A stretch of DNA of 37,425 nucleotides from the NCBI GenBank assembly GCA_023645945.1, contig JALAIB010000064.1, positions 1 through 37,425 of the forward strand, written 5' to 3'. Numbering within the stretch: the stretch's first letter is position 1; every line of letters begins with the position of its first letter. Below the pieces are notes generated by a model that was not told the DNA's origin, searched no databases, and saw only the letters and a list, made by a program, of their open reading frames with translations. Position numbers and translations under genes: made by a program. Below are positions 10,447 through 21,606 of this stretch, piece by piece. The stretch comes from Diploschistes diacapsis. Its lineage: Eukaryota.

Positions 10447-12579
10447 ACCTAAAAGCCTTGGCCCTATCTTTGGTCGACATGTACTCTAGTGTTCTAGGAA
10501 CCAAAGTACCTCAAGCCTAAGAGATCACTAAGCTCAACCAAAACATAATTTAATACCGAGGGGCGATGGAAAGATATTTGTTAAGACGATGAGCTCAGGT
10601 TCGCAAGTTAGCCTGCCATAGGGTTCACCATAAGGGAAAGGCTTTGCAATATTAGTTCGACAAGTGAGCGAACCTTAATAGTTGAAATTAACAGACGGGG
10701 GTAGTCGCTAAACAGTAATGATTAATGTTTATATGCTCCCACTTGTGAATATGATTTGGAGTTGCTCATGAATGCCCCGAGGTTCAAAGTTTCGAGTCCC
10801 CCTCAAGGGTCTATACTTATGTAAGCGGGACTGTTTCAGGCCCTCCGAGTTTGGAAGTCGGATTAACGTTAGGCCACCCGACTACAACCTTCGGGCCGAA
10901 TCCCAACCGTGCTCGGGTAGATATGTATACTCTTGTAGCATATCAGTCCAACATGAAGATGGGCTGCAGTCGAGCTAGCCAGCTTCAACTTTGTGGCCCA
11001 AAAAGCGTACCGTTCCGACGATAGCCAATACTTGATCAAGGACTGAATAGAAGTATTTGAGTTGGGGAGCGTCAATGTTCCTCTCGCATGCCGCGTTCCT
11101 TGCGTGCAAGAGTGTACGATGGCGACTCTCGTGAGACCTCGACAGTAGCTCTTATGTAGTGATTGTCCTCATCGCTAAACTACAAGCTTGAAGGTTAAAG
11201 CAAGGCGATCTTTCTTACTTCGGCTCGGACCAGTTGCTGCCCGAGGGAGGATCTGTATTTGCCTACATCCACTGTATTTCTGAATAGAATCGGTCGCATG
11301 ACTCGTCACAGAGCAGCACGTACCAAATATCCTGCGGTTCTGCAGCTCTATGCAAACGAAGTGCCTGCATTTTGAGAGAAAAGCTTTGTTGGCTTTACTA
11401 CCGCGCGATCGTTGATGGACATGAGCCCTGTTTATCTAGTGCAGTTCTGTTCAAGTCTAGACTGAACCTCTCTTGAGTAGGTCGTACCAGGTTCCATGCA
11501 GCGTCCGCCACCACAAGCAGCAAACGTCTGCATCAAGCACGAAGAAGCGCCCTTGGCTTCTGCGGGAGATGCCATGTAACTGGGAGTACTTGGATTTTGA
11601 AAAAGACTCCCCCAGTTGGACCGACACGCCGCGCTTAGTCCTGGGGATTGTAGAGAAAGGGCCAGCATCTATTCCTTGCCCCGATGATCATCTTGTCAAT
11701 ACCTGTCGCCTTGTTATCGGGCATAGCTGATAGATCGTTTCTGCAGACTGCCGAATCACCAGTAATGGCCTTGTGAAAGGTGGTCCGGTAGGACAATGGG
11801 GGATGAGAAGCTCAGGGTTCTCTAGGCCTACAAATGTTAGTAAGCTATCATTAGGAATCGATGTGGGTAGTTCGGAGCGTTCCAAAAATGCATCGGACAT
11901 TCAAGTACTCACATTCTTCAGACCCATACGCCTATAGGTACGCTGGGCCCCGGCTGGCTAATGCCACAACGTTGGGGATAAGGAGCTCAGAGATATTATC
12001 CAGGGTTTATTTGAAGATTAGACACTTGCATCCTTCGGACACAGATCCGAGGCTCCTCTCAACCTCTTAAGAATGGACACCGCCATTGCGTTTTTACCAA
12101 GCCGAGTCAAATGAGAAACAGCTGCGAGGTATAGCGGAGAAGCACTTTTGAAGATAATAGATAGATGAAATTTACGATGACTATGGACACGCTAAACTCC
12201 CCAGACCGCCCAACGTTTGGCGCTGTACGGAACCAATTCTGCCAACGCCATGTACAATACGGTTGCAGAAAGAAGAGAAAGCCTTGACATTGATGCCATA
12301 CTAAAGATTTTTCTCCCAAACATAAGCATATAATCTAATGCATGTAGTATGCGAAGGGGAGGAAAGAGTGGATCAATACTTCTTAGCAGCCTTCGCACTA
12401 GAACCAACTGCACATTGAACCTCTATTCTAGGATCATGAGATGACGTATAAGGCTGAAAATAGATTCGCCGAAAGTTTTTTAGCTCCATTTACAGCATAA
12501 TGCCAATCTAATCGTGCGAAGAACTTCAGAGACTGCACCAACACCGCATCGAAACCTGCAATCCAAGCTCACAGCAACA

Positions 12580-13286
12580 ATGGACCTCTCACGTTCCCTC
12601 CTGCGCCTCTCACGGCCCTCCAAACCGCTCAGACCACACCCCCGAGCCCTCTCTCCAAGACTCGCCGCTCGCCAGCGCCCATTCCACCACTCCGCCGTCT
12701 CCACACATATCCGCCACCCTCAGCCAAAACCAGCGTCGCCCCAATCCCCCAACCGCGCCTTCCACTGCTCCAACTCGACCGCAGCGCCCGCGCCGCAACC
12801 GCCCACCGCGAGCCCCGACGCCGCCTCCGCGCCTCCGCAAGAGCAGCCCCAAGTGCGGCGGGACGTGCCCGCCTACAAGATCACGTTCACGTGCAAGCCG
12901 TGCCTGACGCGCGCGACGCACCGCATGTCGAAGCAGGGGTACCACAAGGGCACGGTGCTGATAACGTGTCCGAACTGCAAGGCGCGGCATCTGATCAGCG
13001 ATCACTTGAAGGTGAGTTGTCCTTGCCGCGGGGAGTGAGAGCGGATGTTGCTGGAACACGTGACAAGTAGAGAAGTAATGGGGGAAGATAGGGGGCTGAC
13101 ATGCGGCCGGCATAGATTTTCAAGGATCAGTCTACGACTATCGAGGATATATTGAAGGCAAAGGGGGAGGGGCTGACAAAGGGCACGCTGGGAGAGGATG
13201 GGGATATAGAGTTCTGGGAGGATGGGACGGTGACGCAAGGAGAGGGCGAGGCGGAAGGGGAGAGGAAGGCTGCGCAGTTGGCGTAG
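12580..13286 (+). CDS. ZIM17: Mitochondrial DNL-type zinc finger chaperone Zim17/Tim15/Hep1; exons 12580-13011, 13116-13286
   Basis: Arg/Ser/Leu-rich presequence; ITFTCKPC...[32 protein letters not shown]...IEDIL...GDIEFWED; intron GTGAGT...GCTGAC...TAG. Confidence 0.93.
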
Positions 13287-13561
13287 GTGGCCCGTGCTTT
13301 CTTCCTTTGATTAGATAGGAGCCGGGGGAACCTCTTGATGGCTTCACTAAAGCTGGAGCGAGTGAAAGCTACAAGCATCATTATGCGGGTTTATTGCGAG
13401 GCGTTGATCATCGCATTAGGGAGGGGATTGCAACCAGGTTGAATCTTGACTCATTTTCATTACGTAAAAAGGGTATCTTCCAAATTAACAAGAACTATAC
13501 GCCGACGCTATGCATAATGCGTAACACCATATGCCATGCAAACAATGTGGCTTTTTTTGAA

Positions 13562-16500
13562 CTACCAGCCTCTCCTTCTAGATCGTTGTTCCGAGTTCCT
13601 CTCCTTTCTCCTCAATCTCTCTTTCACATGCTTCTTGCTCCTCTTCGTTCCTGCTCTCTCCGGATCAGCCACTGCTTCTATTCTCCGTTTTGTTCTTCTC
13701 TCGTTGCGCCTTTCTTCGACTGTCTTTCTGGCCTCAGCCATGACTTTAATGAAGTCAGTTGTCCCAAGTTTCTTCTGCAATACCGATATTGTTTCATGTG
13801 CGCTTGAAACAAGGGCATCTTGGGCTGCAATGAAGCCTTTGTCCAAGGATACTGGGCCTGTGATAGTGACATCCGTGAGATGATATAAAGGTTGGATAAT
13901 CATGGGCAGGTGCATGGAAAGTTGAGGCATTGGAAGTTGATAGCATAGCGCAGCTAAAAGCTGTATTGTCGCTGTTTTTGGAATGAGCGAAGGCGCTTTT
14001 GTGGTCACTGGTTCACGACGGAGGATCGACGAGATTTGGCGAAAAGTATATCTAAGAGGCTTTTCTGTCAAGGCTCTTCCAGATACATCGTCATCCTCTT
14101 CGCCTTCTTCGCTGTCGCTTCCATTGGTCTCGCCTATGGGATCCTCTGTCTGGTCTGTATCACTAGAGCCCTCAATTGCAGCAAACAAGCGTGCTACAAA
14201 GGCTAGATTCTTCACTAGTTGATTAGCAAGCTCTTCGCTGATTCCAGGTACCTTGAGCGAACGCAAAGACGCTTTTGTAATGTTCACCATGCTATCGAAA
14301 CTGAGCTCTAGTCCGGCGGACCCCAAGAGAGGCGTTTTCAAAACAGCCTGTCCCGCATTTAGGCGGGCAAAATCGGCAAAATATTTCCCAAGTAACCTTG
14401 CCGATGCCAGCTTGACCCAAGTATGAGGGAATGTTGATGCTTGCGTAATCAAATCCCACAATGCCGCAACATCTGCTCGGTATACCGACTGGGGATACAT
14501 TTGGCATATCTTTGCGAAAAGCTGTAGCGAAAAGTACACGGTTTCCCAATCCTTGGACTCTCCTAATTGAACATTCTTAAGCAGCCGCTGTAATCGTTGC
14601 TGCAGGAACGATAGCTCTCTCTCCCCTCGAGTCGGATGCACTTCGAGGTATATGGTATACGTTTGAAGGGCTATTCTAGTAAGTAGAATTTGCTCGCCTT
14701 GATTTATCCAATTGCGCAATAGGACAAGAGCATTCAAGAGCCTCTCGTCATCAGCCCTTCGTAGAAGGTTTTTCAGAAGCGTACTGGCCATACGACGACA
14801 ATCGGCCGATTCGTCGTTGATAGTAACCAAGACGAGAGGTGCAAAAAAGGTTCCTGCAATGTTCTGCACAATGTCCTCTCCAGTTCTCTCCAAAAGTTGA
14901 TGAAGAGTTTCCATCACCGACTGACGACCTTCGACATATTGATAGCTTAAGTTCTTGACGAGAAAAGCTAATTGCTTCTTCAGCCGCACTTTTGTCTGAG
15001 GATAGTTGATGAAAAACTGAATATAAAGCCCGCGAGCCATGTTTCGAGCTCCTACGGACTGATTCGTTACCATCATTGCAGAAACAGAATCCAGAATCTC
15101 ATAGACCTCGGTGACAAGTATCTTCCGTTGCAGCACAGCCTTGAGAAAGTTGAAAGTTACACCTTGGCGATCAGGCTCTTCGAGGTCGCTCTTGACTATC
15201 TGCAGTAGATAGGCGAGGTCCACATCTCTTATCTGTACAGCAGGGCGCTCACGTAGTACTCCAGCGATTAACTTCAATGCCGCCTGAGCACTTTCTGTAT
15301 TGGTTGATGTTGCATTCTTAATCAACTTGACTGCCTCAGCGACGTAAACAGGTGCATTCATATCAATATCTTTCAGAGGTACTTTAATGATTGTTGCTAA
15401 CAGCCTCATCGAGGAAACCTGTACTTCTTCACGGGCACTAATAAATGACTCTCCTATGATTCGCATGAACCCGGATAGGTTTTGCGGTGTCTTTAAACTT
15501 TCATGCTTGTTCAGGATAGTGCGTAACAAGTCTAGGGAAAACCGAGCGAGCTTGTAGACGTGAGATGTCGTACGGTCACTCATTATCTCGTTCCTAGGGT
15601 GTCTGAGCTTGACATGAAAGCGCTGCAGCCGCGTTTCCTTCGGCCCCGCTGCTACTCGCTCCTTGGGTTCGTAGACCTGCTGAAGCAGCTCATAGCACAA
15701 GACAAGTCCCTCCCTCGAGCCTACCTTTTCGTTATGTAAAAGACCTGTACCCGTTCGCCTGAAGAGCTCATCGATTTTCTTTAGTGAGCGAAGATCCAAT
15801 CTTTCTCCGAGGAGAGCGCGTAAAGGTCCAACAAGTTGATTGACTTTGGTCATTGTGGTTACCTTCGCTAACAACTCCATCGAATCGTAGCTCTTGTTGC
15901 TCTTCACTTCTTTCATCTTACTGATATAGTCTTCCGCATCCTTTTCTTGGCCGGTGACACCAAAAATGTCATCCATAACAATGGCCACGATATCATTAAG
16001 ACAATAATCCAAATCTCCATGTGAAATCATAGGCTCGTTGGCGACTAAGATCGAGTGAACAGTGAAAGACAGCACATGGAGTTGGTATCCACGGGGTAAG
16101 GCGCTGCGAAGCTCCTTCAGGATAAACTGCAAATATCCAGGACCAATCATTTGCGATATTTCCGTTAATGTTTTCCGTGTCAAATCTCGAGATTCTTGAG
16201 CTCGACTGCGGAGGATCTGACAGATATCTGTCAAGACAGGAGGCAGGCGATCAGTGAATGACTCTGACGGCAACAGCTTCAGCAACTTGACTACGGTGAT
16301 TGCAATGGGCATCCTTTGGCTGACCATAGTTTCGTCTTTGTGATGAACGTAATCTAGCAGAGGCCCGATTAAGTTAACACATAGATCCTGGCTAATTCTC
16401 TCTTGTCGAGGCATTGTACGGGCCAAACAGGATAATGAATGAGATGCTGCTTTCTCAGCGCTATCTTCCTCACAACCCAGTGACACCGCAACCACCTTCG

Positions 16501-19500
16501 ATTTCGCCGACGCTGCAACACTCATTGCTTCCGCTAGCATGTTGAGCAGCTTAGCTGTTGGCTTTTCAAGTTCCGCTCTATTTTGCAAGTAACTCATATA
16601 TCGACGGAAGACGGCGCGAAACTGTGGCCACTCAAGGCTCTCTGCCAGAGCGCCAATGGTCTTGATTGCTTCGGCAGTAAGGTTGTGAGCACTGCTGTCC
16701 CCCAGACTATCTGACAAGAAATGTTCAAGCAGCGGAACGAGGAAATGCGCAACGTTGGAGCTCCTTATGCTTCCACTTTCAGCCTGTATAGCTAAACGCC
16801 GCAGGGCACGGAGGCGGCGATGTTGTTGTAGATGAAGTATATTTGCAAAAAAGGACGCCTCTTCATCATCTCCCATTAATAGAGGCACCAGATCATTGAC
16901 CTCGTTCCACTGGGGATTCCACCGTAGGAGTTCGGCAAAGACAGACAGATACTCTGCTCGGACCAGCTCGGATGGACTAGTGACGCCTTCCCTCAGAGCA
17001 TCTAGGATTATGCTTCGAATACGCTTGAAGCCCTCCGAGGAACTGTCACCAGACATATGATTGATTCTCAACACCTGCTTTAAGCAGTGCGAGGCACTCG
17101 CCCGTAGAGCTAGTTCCTCGGTATCTTGGATGAAGAAGAGCATGTTGTAGACTATCGGGGTCAACTGCTCGGGCGAAAGGTCATGAACCACGGCATCAAT
17201 TCTCTGAAACGCTTGGAACCGCTTGTCAAAGTCGGGAGCATCGATCCGGTGGACAGAATACGCATTAAGATCTTTGCAAAGACCAGCAACACTCTCAAAG
17301 GATTGCTCAAGGCTAGAAATCATGGCCAGTGTATCGGCAAGCTTGACTCTGTTGTCGCGGTCTTTGAAGTATCCAAACAAAGGATTGAGACTATTGGCCA
17401 GTTGATAGAGAAGATCGTCGGACGGGGAGCAGCCGCTTAAAGGGACGAAGTGTAAAATAGCTTCTAGCATGTTGCCCTTTGCTCTCGGACTAACTCTCCC
17501 TGATGGTTGGCGAAGTAAAAAGCTGGAGAGGTCAAGCCAGCCTCGGATCTGATTAGAGCCTTGAATTGACCGAGACATTAGAGAGACCAATTCAATAGAA
17601 GACCCGAGAACCTGCTTGCTTGGTGATCCTCTAAGGAGAGACCCCACTGCCTCAAGTGTTGTTTCCGCATATGGTGCCAATACTTGATCTCTTATTCTAG
17701 ATCCAGCCACCGAACCAATGTCCTTTTCCTGGCTTGCTAAAGAGGCAATTGGCCGCATGATCTTATTGATGACAAATATTTTGACACTATCTTGGGCGGA
17801 TGCTGATGTCAGGATTGAGATCAGGGAGGGCAAGACTCGAGGGTCATGGTCGGCCATATAAGAAGCCATATCTGGTGACTCGGCCCACACGGAGAATAGC
17901 TCAAGAAGGCCAGAAACGGACTGCCCAGCTTCAGCCGCTAGATTTGCTAACCGTGGGCAAATGAAGGTGTCAAAGATCGATGGAAGATAGACTTCTAGCT
18001 CATTTGGTGGAAAGCGCTTAAACAACAAAAGCAGACATTGTGTTGCAGACCGTCTTAGAGCTTTTGGACTTGCTGCTGAACCTGCTTCCTCATCTTCGTT
18101 TCCCCGAGACAGCGCAAGAGCACTGAGGCTTTTTTGGGAGCAGAATAGAACGGCTTTCACGAGCGAGGATAGACAAAATGTTAGTCTATCTCCCATAACA
18201 TCTAGCATGTCCTTAAATAAGTTGACTAAACCGACTTCCTGCCTCGGCGTGAGCAGAACTCCATCGAAAGGCTCCTCAAACGCAACTCTTTTGTCCTTTA
18301 GACGCAAATTCAACAAGGGTCCAAGGGCGATCGATACAAAGTCTTGAATAGCATTATCTGAAAGTCCAGCGATTGCATAAAAGACCGCTCGTCTCTTCGA
18401 GCCTAACGAATTCTTGCCACTAGTCGCACCTTGTCTGGAAATGATACGTCCGTACAATAGACGCAATAGTACCGGTAACACCTCTACCCCGGCCTCGTCT
18501 TTCAGAAAGTTTCCGTTCTCATCTGCACGAATCGAAACTGTAAGCTCTTCCCGGAAGCGAGCTTCATCCAGCAGATTGAATAGATTCTCTTTACACGCTT
18601 CGAGGGGATTTGACTTCCACGCCAAGAGTGCTGCAAGTGCAGCTTTTTGTATCTGTACATCACCAATGGCTAAGAGTTTCAATATTTCTGCATGCACATC
18701 CGTCGCACGGTACAATACACGTGGATTTGTGAAGCAGCCAAAAACGTCAAGCATGGCCTTCAGTTCCGACCGTGTAATGACGCATTTTCCCGTGTCTGCT
18801 CGCGATGAACTCTCTTCCATTTCGTCGCTTTCGGTATGGAAATGAGCGTAGGTTCCAGAACCCAGGGACTGGAGAAAGAAAGGCACCAGTCGACGAGACC
18901 GTTTTTCGGCAAGATCAGGAATACCCTTGAGAACCCTAAGAGCCTGGCTTCTACAGTTAGGAGAACTCCCTTCCACCACATGATGTAGTCTATCAAAGTT
19001 GTCTCGTAATCGCTGTGACACATTTCTGATACTGTCATATCCGACCAGCATGGCTTCTTCGACATGAGCAAGGTTCGCGCATTGGAATTCGTTCGGTCTA
19101 GATTTAGTCTTAGGAAGCACATCAGTGCTTTTCGCACTTTGATGTCCAGATGAAGTCGCACATTCAAGCCATGTAAAGACGAGGTCTGTGACGGCTTCTT
19201 CCCCAAGTCGACAGCAGAGAGTGGACCGTATTGCGTCAATAGCATCATCCCACAATGGTGAGAGTTTGAAATGCAGTAGGCCAAAACAGAAATGTGGGAT
19301 GGCTCTCGCCACCCAGCGGTTAGAAGACCAATTTCGATATTCTGCTGCAATTCGACGCACATACATCGAACCTGTCCTAGCAGATTGCACCTCAAGGGGA
19401 AGACGCTCTATGTCAAGTGCGACCTTGAAGAAATCTGGTTCAGAGCCATCACGCTTCAACGAAAGCACAGCGAGCAGTCTGAGAGACACAACACGTAGAT

Positions 19501-21391
19501 CTTTGCTGAAGGAAGCAAGGTTGCGGATAGCGATGGCAGCAACAGCGTCGAGTGCGTCATCCGCTGGAGTACTTGTCGCTGTTTCAATTAAGGAAAGTAC
19601 ATTTTCAAGGTAAATCGGCATCGAACTGAAAGTCTCACAGGCGCCAACTACCCTTGACCATTCGGCTGCGATAACATTGCTTTCTCCTGATTGAAGGACG
19701 AATCTAAAGCCAGCGCCGAGCAAGAGCTTAGTCTTCTCATCTGTAGCTAGTTCATTTCCCCAAGCAACTTGGATGTGGTGTTGGAGACTGTAGAGGATCC
19801 TCATTTTTGTTGGTTTCTGAAATTCTAGCGACTCTATCAAGTCCAAATACGCTTGAAGGACTGATACTGAAGTTCCCCAGGGGCTGTCTCTTTCAAATTT
19901 CGAGGCTATGGTTTCTTGCCACAACTGAGGGCATACCTGAGTTGACCTGCTATTTCGACGTGCGCCTGAGGTCTGGCTTTGGTCTGGTTTACGCTGAATC
20001 ATGTGCGTCGCGTGTAGCAGCTCGGATTCAAGGTCAGCCCAGTGAACAGCAACGTATTTGAAAAACTGAGGCTTGACAAATTGCTCAAACCGGTCTCGGT
20101 GCAACTCATTGAAGTTAACACAGAAAGCGAGGAAATCGATTGCGGAGCATTTCTGCAGAAGTGTCTCAACAATCCTGACAAAGGCTAGAAGAAGATCGAA
20201 AGGCGCTGTTTGAAACGTGGCAGCCGTAGCACTTCCAAGTAAGCTCATAGTCTTGGAGCCAGAGGGATCCTGGGCGGCTACAAAAGTGCCAACGAGATGT
20301 GCTATGCTGTCAAGTATAGAGCGCCAGTTCAAAACTCTTGAGCCTTTGCGCACGGCTACTATGGTGAAAAGCAAGCCCGAGTACAGTTCAAAGTCTGCGA
20401 TAGCAGCGTCAGCACTCAGCAGCATCGCGGAACCGCAGACGGTTTCCAAGATTGGAGCGAAAGAGTTTCCATTAGCATGATGAATGAGATCGATAGTAAC
20501 ACCATTAGCAATTTGAGTTCCACCGTGTTGAGATACTGATTCGAGCATGCACCGATAAATATTCAAGCTGTGAGAATAAAATCCAGACTCGACGCCCTTG
20601 ATAGAGTTGGCGAACAAGCTCATGACACCATACAAGTACACTCCGGCCATGTCTTTGGTACCCTGCATGATAGATATATCACGCAAGATATGACCAACAA
20701 TAAGCTCCAAGTGATTCTGGTTTTTCTGGAATGCTGCTGCAGCTTTCCTCAGTAAGAACGACATTGCTTCCGCGGCAAAGCGGGCAATGAATGGCTTGTG
20801 ATTTTCCTTTCCCAAAGCCGACGATACGATATCATAAGTCGCGCGTAAATCCGGCACGAGAAGCCGCGACAGGTATTTGAAAAGCCAAGCAAGACAAGAA
20901 AAGCTCCATTCAATGACCTCTACATCAGGGTGCTTTGAGGCGATGGAGAGGACAAGGCCCAAGGTAGTATGGAAGAATTCCTCAAACCTCGTACCAAGAT
21001 CATGAGCAAGATGCGCCTGTAGGCTGAGCAGAGGCTCTAAAGATAGCGACTCTCGTTTCTCTAGATTTTGATGTAGCAATTCGATTATCCTAGATCTGTG
21101 ATGGAGAACCTGGTGCAGATTGTCGCATAGCGGTTCCACATCTTGAACAAACCTCATGAACGTCTCCGATAGGTTGATGTCTTTCCAATAGAGGAAGGCA
21201 TCTCTGAAATAGGACTTTGTAGGGTCTGAGTCTTCATCGTCTATGTTTTTGTTATGGACTCGACGGACCGGATCAATGCTCAGCTTTGCAACACGCTGGT
21301 TGAATGATTCGAATTGATGTCTGCGTGAGGATGAGGTTGTAATTTTCTTCTTCTTCCCATCCACTGCACGACTTTTCTTCACTCCCGACAT
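13562..21391 (-). CDS. UTP20: U3 snoRNA-associated protein 20 (SSU processome HEAT/DRIM protein, 2609 aa)
   Basis: N-terminal RRHQFESFNQRVAKLSID, SLEPLLSL..LAHDLG, DDEEASFFANILHLQQHRRLRAL, LPRGYQLHVL, KMKEVKSNKSYD and a basic C-terminal tail; single uninterrupted ORF. Confidence 0.96.
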   Translation of the reverse strand: MSGVKKSRAVDGKKKKITTSSSRRHQFESFNQRVAKLSIDPVRRVHNKNIDDEDSDPTKSYFRDAFLYWKDINLSETFMRFVQDVEPLCDNLHQVLHHRSRIIELLHQNLEKRESLSLEPLLSLQAHLAHDLGTRFEEFFHTTLGLVLSIASKHPDVEVIEWSFSCLAWLFKYLSRLLVPDLRATYDIVSSALGKENHKPFIARFAAEAMSFLLRKAAAAFQKNQNHLELIVGHILRDISIMQGTKDMAGVYLYGVMSLFANSIKGVESGFYSHSLNIYRCMLESVSQHGGTQIANGVTIDLIHHANGNSFAPILETVCGSAMLLSADAAIADFELYSGLLFTIVAVRKGSRVLNWRSILDSIAHLVGTFVAAQDPSGSKTMSLLGSATAATFQTAPFDLLLAFVRIVETLLQKCSAIDFLAFCVNFNELHRDRFEQFVKPQFFKYVAVHWADLESELLHATHMIQRKPDQSQTSGARRNSRSTQVCPQLWQETIASKFERDSPWGTSVSVLQAYLDLIESLEFQKPTKMRILYSLQHHIQVAWGNELATDEKTKLLLGAGFRFVLQSGESNVIAAEWSRVVGACETFSSMPIYLENVLSLIETATSTPADDALDAVAAIAIRNLASFSKDLRVVSLRLLAVLSLKRDGSEPDFFKVALDIERLPLEVQSARTGSMYVRRIAAEYRNWSSNRWVARAIPHFCFGLLHFKLSPLWDDAIDAIRSTLCCRLGEEAVTDLVFTWLECATSSGHQSAKSTDVLPKTKSRPNEFQCANLAHVEEAMLVGYDSIRNVSQRLRDNFDRLHHVVEGSSPNCRSQALRVLKGIPDLAEKRSRRLVPFFLQSLGSGTYAHFHTESDEMEESSSRADTGKCVITRSELKAMLDVFGCFTNPRVLYRATDVHAEILKLLAIGDVQIQKAALAALLAWKSNPLEACKENLFNLLDEARFREELTVSIRADENGNFLKDEAGVEVLPVLLRLLYGRIISRQGATSGKNSLGSKRRAVFYAIAGLSDNAIQDFVSIALGPLLNLRLKDKRVAFEEPFDGVLLTPRQEVGLVNLFKDMLDVMGDRLTFCLSSLVKAVLFCSQKSLSALALSRGNEDEEAGSAASPKALRRSATQCLLLLFKRFPPNELEVYLPSIFDTFICPRLANLAAEAGQSVSGLLELFSVWAESPDMASYMADHDPRVLPSLISILTSASAQDSVKIFVINKIMRPIASLASQEKDIGSVAGSRIRDQVLAPYAETTLEAVGSLLRGSPSKQVLGSSIELVSLMSRSIQGSNQIRGWLDLSSFLLRQPSGRVSPRAKGNMLEAILHFVPLSGCSPSDDLLYQLANSLNPLFGYFKDRDNRVKLADTLAMISSLEQSFESVAGLCKDLNAYSVHRIDAPDFDKRFQAFQRIDAVVHDLSPEQLTPIVYNMLFFIQDTEELALRASASHCLKQVLRINHMSGDSSSEGFKRIRSIILDALREGVTSPSELVRAEYLSVFAELLRWNPQWNEVNDLVPLLMGDDEEASFFANILHLQQHRRLRALRRLAIQAESGSIRSSNVAHFLVPLLEHFLSDSLGDSSAHNLTAEAIKTIGALAESLEWPQFRAVFRRYMSYLQNRAELEKPTAKLLNMLAEAMSVAASAKSKVVAVSLGCEEDSAEKAASHSLSCLARTMPRQERISQDLCVNLIGPLLDYVHHKDETMVSQRMPIAITVVKLLKLLPSESFTDRLPPVLTDICQILRSRAQESRDLTRKTLTEISQMIGPGYLQFILKELRSALPRGYQLHVLSFTVHSILVANEPMISHGDLDYCLNDIVAIVMDDIFGVTGQEKDAEDYISKMKEVKSNKSYDSMELLAKVTTMTKVNQLVGPLRALLGERLDLRSLKKIDELFRRTGTGLLHNEKVGSREGLVLCYELLQQVYEPKERVAAGPKETRLQRFHVKLRHPRNEIMSDRTTSHVYKLARFSLDLLRTILNKHESLKTPQNLSGFMRIIGESFISAREEVQVSSMRLLATIIKVPLKDIDMNAPVYVAEAVKLIKNATSTNTESAQAALKLIAGVLRERPAVQIRDVDLAYLLQIVKSDLEEPDRQGVTFNFLKAVLQRKILVTEVYEILDSVSAMMVTNQSVGARNMARGLYIQFFINYPQTKVRLKKQLAFLVKNLSYQYVEGRQSVMETLHQLLERTGEDIVQNIAGTFFAPLVLVTINDESADCRRMASTLLKNLLRRADDERLLNALVLLRNWINQGEQILLTRIALQTYTIYLEVHPTRGERELSFLQQRLQRLLKNVQLGESKDWETVYFSLQLFAKICQMYPQSVYRADVAALWDLITQASTFPHTWVKLASARLLGKYFADFARLNAGQAVLKTPLLGSAGLELSFDSMVNITKASLRSLKVPGISEELANQLVKNLAFVARLFAAIEGSSDTDQTEDPIGETNGSDSEEGEEDDDVSGRALTEKPLRYTFRQISSILRREPVTTKAPSLIPKTATIQLLAALCYQLPMPQLSMHLPMIIQPLYHLTDVTITGPVSLDKGFIAAQDALVSSAHETISVLQKKLGTTDFIKVMAEARKTVEERRNERRTKRRIEAVADPERAGTKRSKKHVKERLRRKERNSEQRSRRRGW

Positions 21392-21606
21392 CTTGACTCA
21401 AAGACTTGGTGAGTACATCTGAGTCCCAAGCATACATATTTGAAGTCAAAAATTTTCTAGAGTTCGGTTAACGTACCGAATCCGAGTCGCTCTCCTCGGC
21501 CCGCTCGGCCCGAGGTGCTTGAAGGCCAAGTCGAGCAAACTCCTATCTCTCTACACTTACGATCAAGATGGCTTGAGACTTTGCAGAGTTATCCAGATGC
21601 TTTAAC
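21392..21606. promoter_or_regulatory. 215-bp bidirectional promoter UTP20/DRN1 with RRPE-like element
   Basis: Head-to-head ATGs at 21391 and 21607; AAAAATTTT at 21448-21456 resembles the ribosome-biogenesis RRPE; repeated CTCGGCCCG motifs near 21495-21512. Confidence 0.6.

Noticed and set aside
10781..10812. TTCGAGTCCC resembling a tRNA T-loop
   Set aside because: No T-stem pairing, A-box or cloverleaf.
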